Counted from the first letter of the stretch, positions 10,421 to 20,625 are shown. The stretch is DNA of 64,000 nt from Alphaproteobacteria bacterium (GCA_963422645.2 CAXXVO010000013.1:1-64000), one strand, 5' to 3'. Made by a program: numbers and translations. The notes: a model not told the origin generated them from the sequence alone.

Positions 10421-10890
10421 AGGGGGGTCCGGATCGTTGCATGGGTCGTTCCCGAGGCGGACTGACGACGAAGGTGGTCATCGTGCGTTCCGCGCGCGTT
10501 CCGCGCGACGCCAGCGGCTTGCCGCTCCGCTTCACCTTGAGCCCTGGCCAAGCCCATGACAGCACGGCCGCTGAAGCTCTGCTCGAAGATCAACTTCCTG
10601 CAGACAGCTTCCTCCTCGGCGACAAGGCCTACGACGCCGAATGGATCAGAACGATGATCGAGGCGCAGGACGCCGTGGCGATCATTCCCGACCGCAGCAA
10701 CGCCAAGGCTGCCCATGCCTTCAGTCACGTTCTCCACCGCCTGCGGAATCGGGTCGAGCGCTTCTTCAACAAACTCAAACAGTTCAGGTGCACCGCAACA
10801 CGCTACGAAAAGCTCGCCGCAAACTACCTAGCGATGATCAAACTCGCCACAATCCGCATCTGGTTGCGCGCTAATGAGTCCACGCCCTAA
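10421..10890 (+). pseudogene. IS5 transposase OrfB (DDE), separated from OrfA
   Basis: MGRSRGGLTTK, LLGDKAYD, RNRVERFFNKLKQFR, ATRYEKLA. Confidence 0.9.
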
Positions 10891-12122
10891 TCCGATGACG
10901 GAGGGGACGGCCGCCGCCTTCACCTTGACGCGAACGGGTGACACGGCGGCTGCGCTGAAGGTGGATGTGAGCCTGAGCGAGACCGGTGCGACGGTGGCGG
11001 GCACCGCTCCTGCGACGGCGACCTTCGCCACCGGCTCGAGCACGGCGGAGATGAGCGTCGCGACCGAGGACGACGAGGTTGTTGAAGACGCGAGCACGAT
11101 CACCGCGACGGTTGCAACTGGAACCGGCTACAGCGTGGATGCAACCGCGTCGTCGGCCGAGGTTGTGGTGGTGGACGACGATGCGCCGCCGGTCGTGACG
11201 ACGGTCTCGCCGGTTGAGATTGCGGAGAACGAGACTGCGGTCGTGACGCTGGAGGCGACGGACGACGACACGGCGGCGGCCGATCTGGCCTGGTCGATCC
11301 CGCAAGGAGCGGCGGGGGGTGCGGACGCGTTCGCGTTCGCGCTGACGTCGGCCGGTGAGCTGTCGTTCGCGTCGGCGAAGGATTTCGAGGCGCCGGACGA
11401 CGCGGATCAGGATGGCGCCAACGAGGTGACCGTTCAGGTGAGCGACGGCGCCAACGAGACCCTCGCGGACGTAACGGTGCAGCTTACGGATGTGGACGAC
11501 ATCGCGCCCACAGTGTCGGATGCGAGCGTGGACGGCGACACGTTGACGCTGACTCTCAGCGAGGCGCTTGAAGAGAGCGCCGCGCCTGCCTCGAACGCCT
11601 TCTCCGTATCGGTCGATGATGCGGGACGCGACGTTTCGAGCGTCTCCGTGAGCGGTGACGTGGTGACGTTGACCCTGGCCTCGGCTGTTGTTGCCGGGGA
11701 GACGGTGACGGTCGGGTACACCGTGCCTGCGGGTGCGAACGCGAATCCGATCCGCGATGTGGCGGACAACCAAGCGGCTGGTTTCTCGGGCCAGGCCGTG
11801 ACCAACGACACGCCTGCGCCGGTCAACACGGCGCCTGCGGGTGTTCCGACGATTTCGGGAGCCGCGCAGGTGGGCGAAACGCTGACGGCCTCGGCTTCCG
11901 ATGTCACGGATACCGACGATCTCACGAGGGCGGTGTTCGCCTGGCAGTGGATCGCCAACGACGGCACGTCAGACACGGACATCGCGGACGCGACGGCGGC
12001 GACGCCGAGACGGGTTTCGGACTTGAGTTCGGCGGCGAACTGGCCCTCACCGATCCGGTGCTGGGGTTGTCGGCGGAGATCAGCGGGCACGGCTTGCTCA
12101 CGCATGAAGAGAACACGTTCCG
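10891..12122 (+). pseudogene. Fragment of a giant surface protein (Calx-beta-like, cadherin and SwmB-like repeats) joined by deletion to its C-terminal region
   Basis: EGTAAAFTLTRTG, DDEVVED, DFEAPDDADQD...VSDG (cadherin), TLTLTLSEAL...RDVADN; 5' end cut by IS5, frame break near 12000. Confidence 0.75.
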
Positions 12123-12184
12123 TGAGGTGGCCTCGCCTATTCGGACAGCTTAGCGGCCAAGGTAAGGTGTATTCCGGTTGTTTC

Positions 12185-13120
12185 TCAGGCCGCCATGATC
12201 CTCTTGAATCGATCTTCCTGTTGCTGCTGTTGCGCCTGTGGAGATGTGGTCAAGGCGCGTAGCGGCTTGTCCATCATATCCACAGGCGTCTCGCCGCGGT
12301 ATGCCTCGGCCGGGGTTCTCCCTCCCAGCGCCGAGTGAGGCCTCTCGGCGTTGTAAAAGCCGATCCAATCACGGATCAGGCGCCGGGCCTGGAAACCGTC
12401 GGCGATGTCGTGCAGGTAGACCGCCTCGTATTTGAGCGAGCGCCACAGCCGCTCGATGAAGATGTTGTCCATGCACCGGCCCCGGCCGTCCATCGAGATC
12501 CGGATGCCGGCCGCCTGCAAGCGGCCGGTGAAGACGAAGCTGGTGAACTGGCTGCCCTGATCGGTGTTGAAGATCTCCGGCGCGCCATGCCGAGCCAGGG
12601 CCTCGTCGAGCGCGTCCGTGCAGAAGCCCGCGTCCAGCGTGTTCGACAGCCGCCAGGCCAGCACGTACCGGCTCGCCCAGTCCATGATCGCCACCAGGTA
12701 AAGGAAGCCGCGCCGCACCGGGATGTAGGTGATGTCGGCGCACCAGACATGGTTCGCCCGCTCGATCGCCAGACCCCGCAGCAGATAAGGGTAGACCCGG
12801 TGCTCGGGATGCGGCGCGCTGGTCCGCGGTGCCCGATAGATCGCCTCAAGCCCCATCAGGCGCATCAGGCGAGCGGCCCGGCCGCGCCCAATCCGCACGC
12901 CCTCGCGGCGCAGGTGCCGGACCATCTGGCGGGCGCCATAAAACGGATACTTCAGGAACAGCTCGTCGATCCGACGCATCAGCGCCAGGGTCTCCGCGCT
13001 CTCGCCCTTCGCTGCGTAGTAGAGCGAGGAGCGCCCGATCGACAGCAGGCGGCATTGCCGGCTCAGGCTCAGCGCCGGGTGATCGCGCTCCACCATCGCG
13101 CGGCGCTCCGGCCGGCTCAT
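12185..13120 (-). CDS. IS3 transposase OrfB (rve integrase core)
   Basis: WCADITY, IMDW, NTDQGSQF, DNIFIERLWRSLKYE. Confidence 0.95.
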   Translation of the reverse strand: MSRPERRAMVERDHPALSLSRQCRLLSIGRSSLYYAAKGESAETLALMRRIDELFLKYPFYGARQMVRHLRREGVRIGRGRAARLMRLMGLEAIYRAPRTSAPHPEHRVYPYLLRGLAIERANHVWCADITYIPVRRGFLYLVAIMDWASRYVLAWRLSNTLDAGFCTDALDEALARHGAPEIFNTDQGSQFTSFVFTGRLQAAGIRISMDGRGRCMDNIFIERLWRSLKYEAVYLHDIADGFQARRLIRDWIGFYNAERPHSALGGRTPAEAYRGETPVDMMDKPLRALTTSPQAQQQQQEDRFKRIMAA

Positions 13121-13401
13121 CGACCGGACCCGCGCGACAAAAAATCCCGCTCCACGATCAGCTCCCCGATCTTGGCGTGAAGATCGCGGACCTCGCTCTC
13201 ATGGTCCCGGACCCGACCCTCGGCGCCCTTCGAGAACACCTCGCCCAGCCCCTTGATCGCCTGGCGCTTCCAGGCGCCCACCTGGTTCGGGTGAACCTGG
13301 TATTTCGAGGCAATCTCCTGAAGTGTCCGATCACCCTGAAGCGCCTCAAGCGCTACCTTCGCCTTCAGCTGCCCTGAAAATCTGCGTCGCTTGCTGCTCA
13401 T
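13117..13401 (-). CDS. IS3 transposase OrfA (HTH)
   Basis: RRRFSGQLKAKVALEAL...YQVHPNQV...KIGELIVERDFL; A-run slippery region at the orfA/orfB overlap. Confidence 0.93.
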   Translation of the reverse strand: MSSKRRRFSGQLKAKVALEALQGDRTLQEIASKYQVHPNQVGAWKRQAIKGLGEVFSKGAEGRVRDHESEVRDLHAKIGELIVERDFLSRGSGR

Positions 13402-13467
13402 CTGTATTCCTCCGTCAGACGGTGGAATACACCTTAGACACCTGTCCGATTTTCCGGGGCCACCTCA

Positions 13468-13960
13468 CCGGGACCATGGCGTGTCGGGATCGCTGCGCTA
13501 CGACCCGCAACCCTCTTCGGACCTCGGGTTGTCGTTGATCGTGTCGCCGTCTTGGGGCGTGGGGCAGCGCGGTGTCGAGGGCATGTGGGGAACCGCTCCG
13601 GCCACCGGTGCGGCGCTTGGGAGCTTCGACGGTATCGGTGGATCTGACAGTCCGGACGGTCGTCTGGACGCGGAGATCGCGTATGGATTGCCGGCTCTTG
13701 ACGGCACGGCTACGGGGACGCCGTGGGCTCGCGGAAGGGGCCTGAGACTACCGATTCGGCTACCGCCTGAATATCAGCGGGACCGAATTCGGGATCGAGT
13801 ACGGGCAATCCGAGTACGACCGCGATTATTGGCTTGGTTACGAGTTCGGATTTGTCGAAGGCGGTCGCCTCGCACTCTACCTTGGCGCGGAACTATCGCG
13901 CAGAGAGAGCGCTAACGATAACGACGCCGACGACCGGGCCGCGATACAGGCGACCCTGCG
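13468..13960 (+). pseudogene. C-terminal (beta-barrel-like) remnant of the surface protein
   Basis: Removing IS3 restores ...HEENTFRDHGVSGSLRYDPQPSSDLGLSLIVSPSWG...RLDAEIAYG; frameshift near 13735. Confidence 0.6.
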
Positions 13961-14288
13961 CTGGTGATTGCGGGCGCAGGCTGACTGTCCGTCGATCGGC
14001 ACTGAGAATTGTTGTTCGGCGCATCACTTTGTTGCTCGGAGCGTGGGTTCGGTGCCGATCGGCGCGGTAACACATTGACCTCACTGAATTGTGAGGGGGC
14101 AACGATCCCCGCTTAGCAACACATAGCGGCCAGCGCGCGTCAGGATCACGCCAAGCGATGCGAGAGCGCGCCGCCTGTAACCAACATCATTGCCCCCGCC
14201 TGTCCCTCGAAATCCCGGCGAATCCCGGACAAATTATTGGTGTTCGGCCCGAGATGGAGCGGTGGAACCGGACCGCAACCGCGCTGAG

Positions 14289-15095
14289 TTACGGGTGTTG
14301 CCGTTCTTCGCTCCGTCGGCGCTTGAGCCGCTCGGCGCCGGCGCGGAGGCGGGCCTGTGCCTCGTCTCCGCTCCAGATCTCGACCTGGCGGGCGATGCGG
14401 GTGGGCATCTGCTCCCGCAGATCGGCGCAGAACTTGCCGAGCCGCATGCGCTTCGATTCCTGGAACGCCTCCGGCGCGAGGTCGCGCAGGAAGAGCAGGC
14501 GCTCCCACGCCATTCCTTCGATGTCCTCCTTGGGCCCGGTTTCGTGAACGAGGCCCAAGGCGCGGCCTTCCTCGGCGCGGACGAGCTTGCCGGTGTAGAT
14601 CAGGTGGGAGGCGCCGAAGTCTCCGGCGACGAAGCGCAGCAGTTGATCGCCGTAGTAGGGGTTGGGCACGCCGAGCAGGATTTCGGGCTTGCCGATCAGC
14701 ACCCGGCCGGTGGCGGCGTAGCGGTAATCGCAGGCGAGATAGATGGCCATGCCGCCGCCGATGGCGTGGCCCTTGATGGCGCCGACGATGGGCTGGGGCG
14801 ATTCCAGGATGGCCAGGATGAGCCCCGCCAGCGCGCTAAACATCTCCGTGATCTCGGCGCGGGAGCACGTGAGCGCCCAGTCGAGATCGAGGCCGTTGCA
14901 GAAGAACTTTTCGCCGCCGCAGAGCATGGCGCCGCGGGCCTCGCTGTCGGCGTCTTCGACCGCGTGCGCGAGGTCCCGGATGACCGCCGTCGTCAGCGCG
15001 TTGGCGGTGCCGCAGCTGAGGCGGATGCGCAGGCAATCGTCGACGTGCTCGCACTGAATGTTGGCCAAGACCCTCTCCTTGCGTGTGCCGCTCAA
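14289..15095 (-). CDS. Enoyl-CoA hydratase/isomerase family protein
   Basis: FFCNGLDL, AIKGHAIGGG, LACDYR, KPEILLG. Confidence 0.9.
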   Translation of the reverse strand: MSGTRKERVLANIQCEHVDDCLRIRLSCGTANALTTAVIRDLAHAVEDADSEARGAMLCGGEKFFCNGLDLDWALTCSRAEITEMFSALAGLILAILESPQPIVGAIKGHAIGGGMAIYLACDYRYAATGRVLIGKPEILLGVPNPYYGDQLLRFVAGDFGASHLIYTGKLVRAEEGRALGLVHETGPKEDIEGMAWERLLFLRDLAPEAFQESKRMRLGKFCADLREQMPTRIARQVEIWSGDEAQARLRAGAERLKRRRSEERQHP

Positions 15096-15385
15096 CTCCG
15101 GCGCGGGCTGAAGCGAGGCGGCGTGAGCGTCTCCGTCACGCTGTCGAACACCACCTCAACAGGAAGCTCGAGCCGGAGCTTATCCGCCGGGCAGTCGACG
15201 ATGTCCGCAATGAGCCGCACGCCCTCCACAAACTCGACTTGCGTCACGGCGAGCCGGCGCACCTCCGCGCGCAGCGCGCGATAGCTTAGCCGCGTCTCGC
15301 CGCCGACCAGCGCTTCGTGCTCGGGGTAGCGCGCCGCCAGCTCGTCGAGCAGGTCCGGGATGGTCTTTGCGTCGGGCGGTTGCAT
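15092..15385 (-). pseudogene. In-frame chimera of an acyl-CoA synthetase N-terminus and an OB-fold (DUF35-type) C-terminus
   Basis: TIPDLLDELAARYPEHEALV...LSYRAL joined to VEFVEGVRLIADIVDC...LPVEVVF...PRF. Confidence 0.7.
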
Positions 15386-15583
15386 GTCGCCGCTATCGAC
15401 AGGGGATCGGTCACCAGAGAATAGTCCGCACGCGGGGGCGGGTGAACCGTCGCGCCCGACGTTGTAGGTTAGCGATGGTGTGCGCGTCTGAGCCTTTCGG
15501 TTCTGAGCGGCGCACACTGCCCGAACACTAGCTCTCCCGCCCCCGTCACAATCCACTCCCCCCATAGCAAGACGCACGGATCC

Positions 15584-16729
15584 ATGGACACAGAGAGCAC
15601 GACGATTCATCCCGACGACGCAGCCGAATGGCGCGCACGCAACGTGCCAGTCTTCAACGAGAATCGCTTCAAGCTCGGCGTGTTCGGGCAGAACTGCTCC
15701 AACGGCTGCACGATCACGCACGCCGAGACGACATTCGAGCCCACCTACGAGCACAGTGTGAAGATCAGCCAGCTTGCCGACCGCCTCGGCTTCGAGCTCC
15801 TGGTCCCGGTCGGGCGGTGGCGGCATTTCGGGGGGTCGACGCAATTCAACGGTAACAATCTGGAAGTCTACACCTGGGCCGCCGCGATGGCCTGCCACAC
15901 GAGCGACATCATGGTCTTCGCCACCTCGCACGTGCCCACGGTGCATCCCATTCTTGCCGCCAAGCAGGCGGCGACCATCGACAACATTTCGAGCGGGCGC
16001 TTCGGCCTCAACGTCGTCTGCGGCTGGTTCAAGCCCGAGATCGAGATGTTCGGCATGGACCAGCTCGACCACGACGAGCGCTACGTCATGGCCGACGAAT
16101 GGCTCTCAATCGTGAAGCGGCTCTGGGCCGAGGACGACTTCGACCACGAAGGCGCCTACTACAGGGTCAACCAGGGATTTCTGGCGCCGAAGCCGATCCA
16201 GCGGCCGCACCCGGTGGTGATCAACGCGGGCTCCTCGCCCGCCGGCCGCGAATTCTCCGCGAAGCTCGCCGATTTCAACTTCCTCTCGATCACGACGACG
16301 GAGAAGGCGGAGGAGATCGTGAAGGACATCCACGCCCGCGCCGCGAACCACGGTCGCCGCTGCGGCGTGATGAGCTACGGCCTCGTCTGCTGCCGCGATA
16401 CGGAAGAGGAAGCCCAGGCACTCTACCGGCGCATCGTGGACGAGGGCGACTGGGGCGCGACGAACACGATCATCGAGCTCATGCTGGGCGAGAACTATTC
16501 CTACGGCTCGAACAAGGAAGAGCTTCGCGCCATGGGCGAGCGCTTCATCGCCGGTTGGGGCGGCTACCCGCTGGTCGGCACGCCTGAGCAGGTGGTCGAC
16601 AAGATGCTCGCCATCGCCGACATCGGCGTCGAGGGGTTCATCCTCTCGTGGCTCGACTATTACGAGGAGCTGAAGTACTTCGGCGAGAAGGTGATGCCGT
16701 TGATGCGGCAAGCGGGGCTGCGCGTGTAG
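15584..16729 (+). CDS. LLM class flavin-dependent monooxygenase
   Basis: FKLGVFGQN, PVGRW, AKQAATIDNISSGRFGLNVVCGW, NAGSSPAGREF, PLVGTPEQV. Confidence 0.93.
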   Translation: MDTESTTIHPDDAAEWRARNVPVFNENRFKLGVFGQNCSNGCTITHAETTFEPTYEHSVKISQLADRLGFELLVPVGRWRHFGGSTQFNGNNLEVYTWAAAMACHTSDIMVFATSHVPTVHPILAAKQAATIDNISSGRFGLNVVCGWFKPEIEMFGMDQLDHDERYVMADEWLSIVKRLWAEDDFDHEGAYYRVNQGFLAPKPIQRPHPVVINAGSSPAGREFSAKLADFNFLSITTTEKAEEIVKDIHARAANHGRRCGVMSYGLVCCRDTEEEAQALYRRIVDEGDWGATNTIIELMLGENYSYGSNKEELRAMGERFIAGWGGYPLVGTPEQVVDKMLAIADIGVEGFILSWLDYYEELKYFGEKVMPLMRQAGLRV

Positions 16730-16862
16730 ATCGTTTCCGCTTCACACGGAAACACGCACCTTCGGTGCTAAGTAGCTGATTCGATTGCGATGGTCTTCCG
16801 TTTCTATTGCCACCGGGCGCGGAATTCAAGCCGGTTCCGCACCCCGCTGCAACAGATCGGAG
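16727..16862 (+). repeat. Integrase-leader / element-end repeat, copy A
   Basis: Near-identical in reverse complement to 23478-23613; starts with TAGATCGTTTCCG-N7-CGGAAAC. Confidence 0.85.
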
Positions 16863-16939
16863 TGTCAATCGGCATTCAATATTGACCCCCCTGAGTGGCA
16901 CGGCGGCGGTTGGCCCACCGGGGCAACCGGGCCGCAGGG
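16863..16939 (-). mobile_element. Isolated, internally deleted right end of the IS21 seen at 5992-8541
   Basis: TGTCAATCGGCATTCAATATTGACCCCCCTGAGTGGCACGGCGG matches the reverse complement of 8475-8541; TTGGCCCACCGGGGCAACCGGGCCGCA matches 8358-8384. Confidence 0.85.
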
Positions 16940-17109
16940 CAATGGCATTCATTTGGCGCGAAGATTGTTCCGGGGTTTTTTTGGTGGTGTCGTAACGAGT
17001 TGATTTCTTGTGTGGATTGTCGGTCTCGGCGTTTCCCGCACGAGGGGGATTGACCGGCGGCGTGTGCTTTGGCACACTGTGGCTGTCCCCCTGTCAGTGG
17101 AGCCGGCCC

Positions 17110-17827
17110 ATGGACCCCCGCATCACCGCGCTGAAGTCGACGACCTTTTTCGGCAGACGTCTGACCCGCCGGCAGATTGCCGACATCCAGGAGACGGTGG
17201 CGCTGTTTCCGGCGATCAGCCGCAACGAGCTCGGGCACACGATCTGCGAGCATTTGAACTGGCGCGCGCCGAGCGGGCGGAACCGTGTCGCGGTCTGCCT
17301 GCGGATGCTGGAGGAGTTGGAGCGGCTGGGCATCCTGACCCTGCCGGCGCGGGACGAGGCGCAGGTGCGGGGGCCGCAGGAGGCGATGGCCCGGAGCGAG
17401 CGGACGGCGCCGGCCGCGGCGATCGCGGAGGACCTGGCCGCGCTGATGCCGCTGCGCCTGTCGATTGCGGCGGGCAAGGAGGAGGGCGGGCTGTGGAACG
17501 AGTTCGTCGCGCGCCACCACTATCTCGGGCTGCATCGTCTGGTCGGCGCGCATCTGCGCTATTTTCTCCTGGACCGCCACGGGCGGCCTCTGGGCTGCCT
17601 TCTGTTTGCCCGGGCGTCGCGCACGCTGCCCTGCCGCGACGAGTGGATCGGGTGGCCGGCGGAAGGCTTCCGCAAGCACCTCGATCTGGTCGTGGGTCAC
17701 ACGCGTTTCCTGATCTTTCCCTGGGTCCGGGTCGACAACCTGGCGTCGAAAGCGCTGTCGATGGCGCTGCGCCAGCTGCCCGGCGACTGGGAGGCGCGCT
17801 TCGGAGCGCGCCCGGTTCTGGTGGAGA
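17110..17827 (+). pseudogene. DUF4338-IS4-type transposase fusion, 5' part
   Basis: SRNELGHTICEHLNW, HHYLG, RDEWIGW, RFLIFPW, NLASKALS; interrupted at PVLVE|TFVD. Putative left IR CAATGGCATTCATTT at 16940. Confidence 0.8.
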
Positions 17828-18016
17828 TGAAGGCTTCATAATGCTTCTCCGTTGTGCAGGTGGGCGGGCGTTTCTACCGCATTGATAGAAAAGGCGGTTT
17901 GGATTCCGTTGTTGCCGCCGCGGCGACCTTTACATCGTGCCGGACGTGATTTTCCAGTATCGCACGTTGGAGGTGCGGATCTGCATCGGGCGTTTTGCCT
18001 GACGGTCCGGGCATGG

Positions 18017-20197
18017 TCACCCCCCATCACCGTTGAGCCCGCGCAGCAGCGGCAGTTCGTCCTCGACCGGCAAACGCACATACAGTCCGCGCGTCTTGCC
18101 GCGGGTCACATGGCAGCTGTCCAGCCTGCCCGCCTTGATCCGTTCCCAGACCGTCTGCCGCGTGACACCCAGACGATCCATTGCCACAGCGAGGGGAACA
18201 AACCCCTCCGGAGGCGCCTCACGAAAGCGCTCGCGCAAGGTCGGGGTCATCCGGATCCGAAGAGGAGCACCTTCGATATCGGGCTGGGCAACCGGAACCA
18301 GCCCCTCGCGGATCCAGCGATAGATGGTGTCATCCGAGACTCCGATCTCCTTCGCCACATCGGCAACGCCCATGAGCACCGGCTCGTCCCCGTCGGGCTG
18401 GTAGGGCGCAATGCCATGGCGGCGACGCAGGCTGCCAACAAGCTCGGCCGTGAAATCCAGACCCCGTGCTGTGCGCCGTCCCTGGCGGGTGAGAACCTTC
18501 GCGGTCTCCCGGTCGTTGTAAAAGCATGACAGCTTGCGCACGAGCTCGACCGTGCTGCGCTCATCGCGCCGGGGTGTCGGAGAGCCCGCGAGCATCGGCA
18601 AAGTGATCTCGTCGATCTGCCCGCCACGCCAGCGCAATGTTGCCATGATCTCACGCTCCTGTCGCGCAAGCTCGATCGTCACCTCGTCGAGGAGGCAGGC
18701 GAGCAGGCGCTTGCGCTCGCGCATGGTCGTCGACGACGCCCCCCAGACCTGCGACAGGCGCGCGCCGAGACCCTCGAAAACCGCCGGGGCAGGGGCCGCG
18801 GGCTGACGCGCCCGTGCCGCCTCAAGCGCTTCCTGTGCAGCCTTCTCGGCGCGAAGCGCCTTCTCCCACTCGCGCTCCAGCGTTGCCGCAATCAGACGGT
18901 TGTCGGGATCGACCTGCTTGTAGCGCCGCTCGGCAAGCCGCGCCTCGTACCGGCAGTGCTCAAGATCCAGCTCCCAACGGCGCAACGCGCGCAGGCCGCG
19001 TTCAGCAACATCACAAGCCGCCTGCCGGGCCGCCTCCACCCCCGCCGGCGTGACCGCATCGAGAAACAGACGGGCAACTTCCGCATCAACGCGCTTGCCG
19101 CCTGTCGACCAACAACCGCCGCGCCGGCGCGCAGCATCGCGCTTGCGGCACTCATACCCCCAGCCCGTCTTGCTGTAGTAGACGGTCATCGGCAATCCGC
19201 AGCCGCCGCAGACCGCGAGACCCTGGAGCAGAGCCGACCCTTCCCGCGCCGCGCCGCGGGCTCCGTCCGGAGCCATGTGGTTGCGGGCCAGCTGCTCCTG
19301 TACTTCAAGCCATTCTGCCCAACTGACATATCCCTCATGCTTCTCCGGCTGAAGAATATCCCAGCGCTCCTGGACCGGCCGCAGCGGCGCACCGTGACCA
19401 ACGCCGCGTTTGAAGCCGTAGGCATAGGCGCCGCCCATCGCCGGGTTGGTGAGGATGCGGTACACCCGTTCATAGCGCGCCGGGCCCCATTCCAATGCTG
19501 CCCCCGGGTGCCGGCGAGAGGGAACATCCTCGCCCGCCTCACGCAGCAGCATCGTCGCCTGGCGGGCCGAACCGGCTTGCCGAAAACGCGCAAAGACCGT
19601 TGCAATCGCCGCCTGAACCCGGGCATCCGGATCCTTCCGCAAAGTCGAGCCATCCCGCACAAATCCGATCGGAACGCGCGAGTACAACTCGCCACGAAGC
19701 GCCTTGTTCCGCTTTCCGCCCTCCATCCGGGCGCGAATAAGAGACAGCTCAGCGGCGCTCACGGTTCCCTTGATCCCCAGGACAAGGGAGTCGTCGTCCC
19801 GGCTCGGGCAGTAGATGTGGCAGTCCTCAACCAGAACCGTGTCGTGCCTGCGACATAGATCGAGAAGCTGAAACCATTCCATCGTGTTCCTGGCGAGCCG
19901 CGAAACCTCAATCCCGAAGATGCCCCCGACATGGTCCCGGGCGATCAGGTCGCACATCTCCCGAAAGCCGCCACGCTCGCCGCGCGCCTTCTCGCTTGCG
20001 CTCTCGCCAAGATCGGCGTCGATCGTCCGTATCCGCTCGGCCGGCCAGCCAATCTCCCGGGCACGCTCGCCAAGCGCGTATTGGCGCAGCTGCGATTCCT
20101 GGTGCGCGTTCACTTGCAAGGGTGTCGACTGGCGAACGTAGACAACTGCAAGACGCTCAAGATGACGCTGGGTGATCTTCGACGGATCGACCGTCAT
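18017..20197 (-). CDS. Large serine recombinase (resolvase, recombinase, Zn ribbon, coiled coil, C-terminal HTHs)
   Basis: VVYVRQST catalytic Ser, DLGES, EVSRLARN, LLQGLAVCGGCG, VDPDNRLIAATLE. Confidence 0.95.
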   Translation of the reverse strand: MTVDPSKITQRHLERLAVVYVRQSTPLQVNAHQESQLRQYALGERAREIGWPAERIRTIDADLGESASEKARGERGGFREMCDLIARDHVGGIFGIEVSRLARNTMEWFQLLDLCRRHDTVLVEDCHIYCPSRDDDSLVLGIKGTVSAAELSLIRARMEGGKRNKALRGELYSRVPIGFVRDGSTLRKDPDARVQAAIATVFARFRQAGSARQATMLLREAGEDVPSRRHPGAALEWGPARYERVYRILTNPAMGGAYAYGFKRGVGHGAPLRPVQERWDILQPEKHEGYVSWAEWLEVQEQLARNHMAPDGARGAAREGSALLQGLAVCGGCGLPMTVYYSKTGWGYECRKRDAARRRGGCWSTGGKRVDAEVARLFLDAVTPAGVEAARQAACDVAERGLRALRRWELDLEHCRYEARLAERRYKQVDPDNRLIAATLEREWEKALRAEKAAQEALEAARARQPAAPAPAVFEGLGARLSQVWGASSTTMRERKRLLACLLDEVTIELARQEREIMATLRWRGGQIDEITLPMLAGSPTPRRDERSTVELVRKLSCFYNDRETAKVLTRQGRRTARGLDFTAELVGSLRRRHGIAPYQPDGDEPVLMGVADVAKEIGVSDDTIYRWIREGLVPVAQPDIEGAPLRIRMTPTLRERFREAPPEGFVPLAVAMDRLGVTRQTVWERIKAGRLDSCHVTRGKTRGLYVRLPVEDELPLLRGLNGDGG

Positions 20198-20348
20198 CGG
20201 CCGCCTCCCGATCCGCAATCCGAACCATCAGATCGGCCAGACCCTGCACGACGCGATCCCGGTCCGGAGCCGGAAACGCCAGCCACCGGTCCCGGCGCTC
20301 CTCCCACTCCATCAGCGCGATCAGCGCCAACTCCTGCTCCGCATCCAT
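20157..20348 (-). CDS. Small hypothetical protein upstream of the recombinase
   Basis: Helical ORF ...WLAFPAPDRDRVVQGLADLMVRIA; overlaps other ORFs, so uncertain. Confidence 0.4.
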   Translation of the reverse strand: MDAEQELALIALMEWEERRDRWLAFPAPDRDRVVQGLADLMVRIADREAADDGRSVEDHPASS

Positions 20349-20625
20349 CGCGCCTGAGTTCCCTCTCATCAAGGTCATTCAGAAGATTAAGGAGGGTGAG
20401 GAAATCAGACAACTCTCCGATCAGGCGTGGTGCATCCTCGGGACGGGCTCCAAGGCTCGTCCATGCCGCTGGTATCCAACAACAGCTGCCGTCCGGCATC
20501 CGAACCTTCAGAGTCCGGCCCCCGTAACCTCCTTTGCGCCGATCGAGAATCTCGATCGCCTCACCGTCGAAAGGATGCTTGTAGCGTCGAATGCGAACGG
20601 GCTCAGGAGCCTCGGAAGCCTGCAA
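20194..20625 (-). CDS. Accessory protein of the recombinase element (DUF5372-like)
   Basis: VRIRRYKHPFDGE...PDGSCCWIPAAWTSL; stop overlaps the recombinase ATG (ATGA); start codon uncertain. Confidence 0.55.
   Translation of the reverse strand: MQASEAPEPVRIRRYKHPFDGEAIEILDRRKGGYGGRTLKVRMPDGSCCWIPAAWTSLGARPEDAPRLIGELSDFLTLLNLLNDLDERELRRDGCGAGVGADRADGVGGAPGPVAGVSGSGPGSRRAGSGRSDGSDCGSGGGR

Larger units (their letters stand above)
8571..10887 (+). mobile_element. IS5 family (IS427-like) element interrupted by IS110
   Basis: IRs GGCTCTGTACCCATAA / TAATGAGTCCACGCCC flanked by TA on both sides; two-ORF transposase. Confidence 0.85.
12123..13467 (-). mobile_element. IS3 family insertion sequence with 3-bp target duplication CCG
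   Basis: IRs TGAGGTGGCCTCGCCTATTCGGACAG / TGAGGTGGCCCCGGAAAATCGGACAG; CCG at 12120-12122 and 13468-13470. Confidence 0.93.

Noticed and set aside
14205-14240. Short direct repeat AATCCCGG as an island boundary or arm-type site
   Set aside because: Too short, with no matching partner found.
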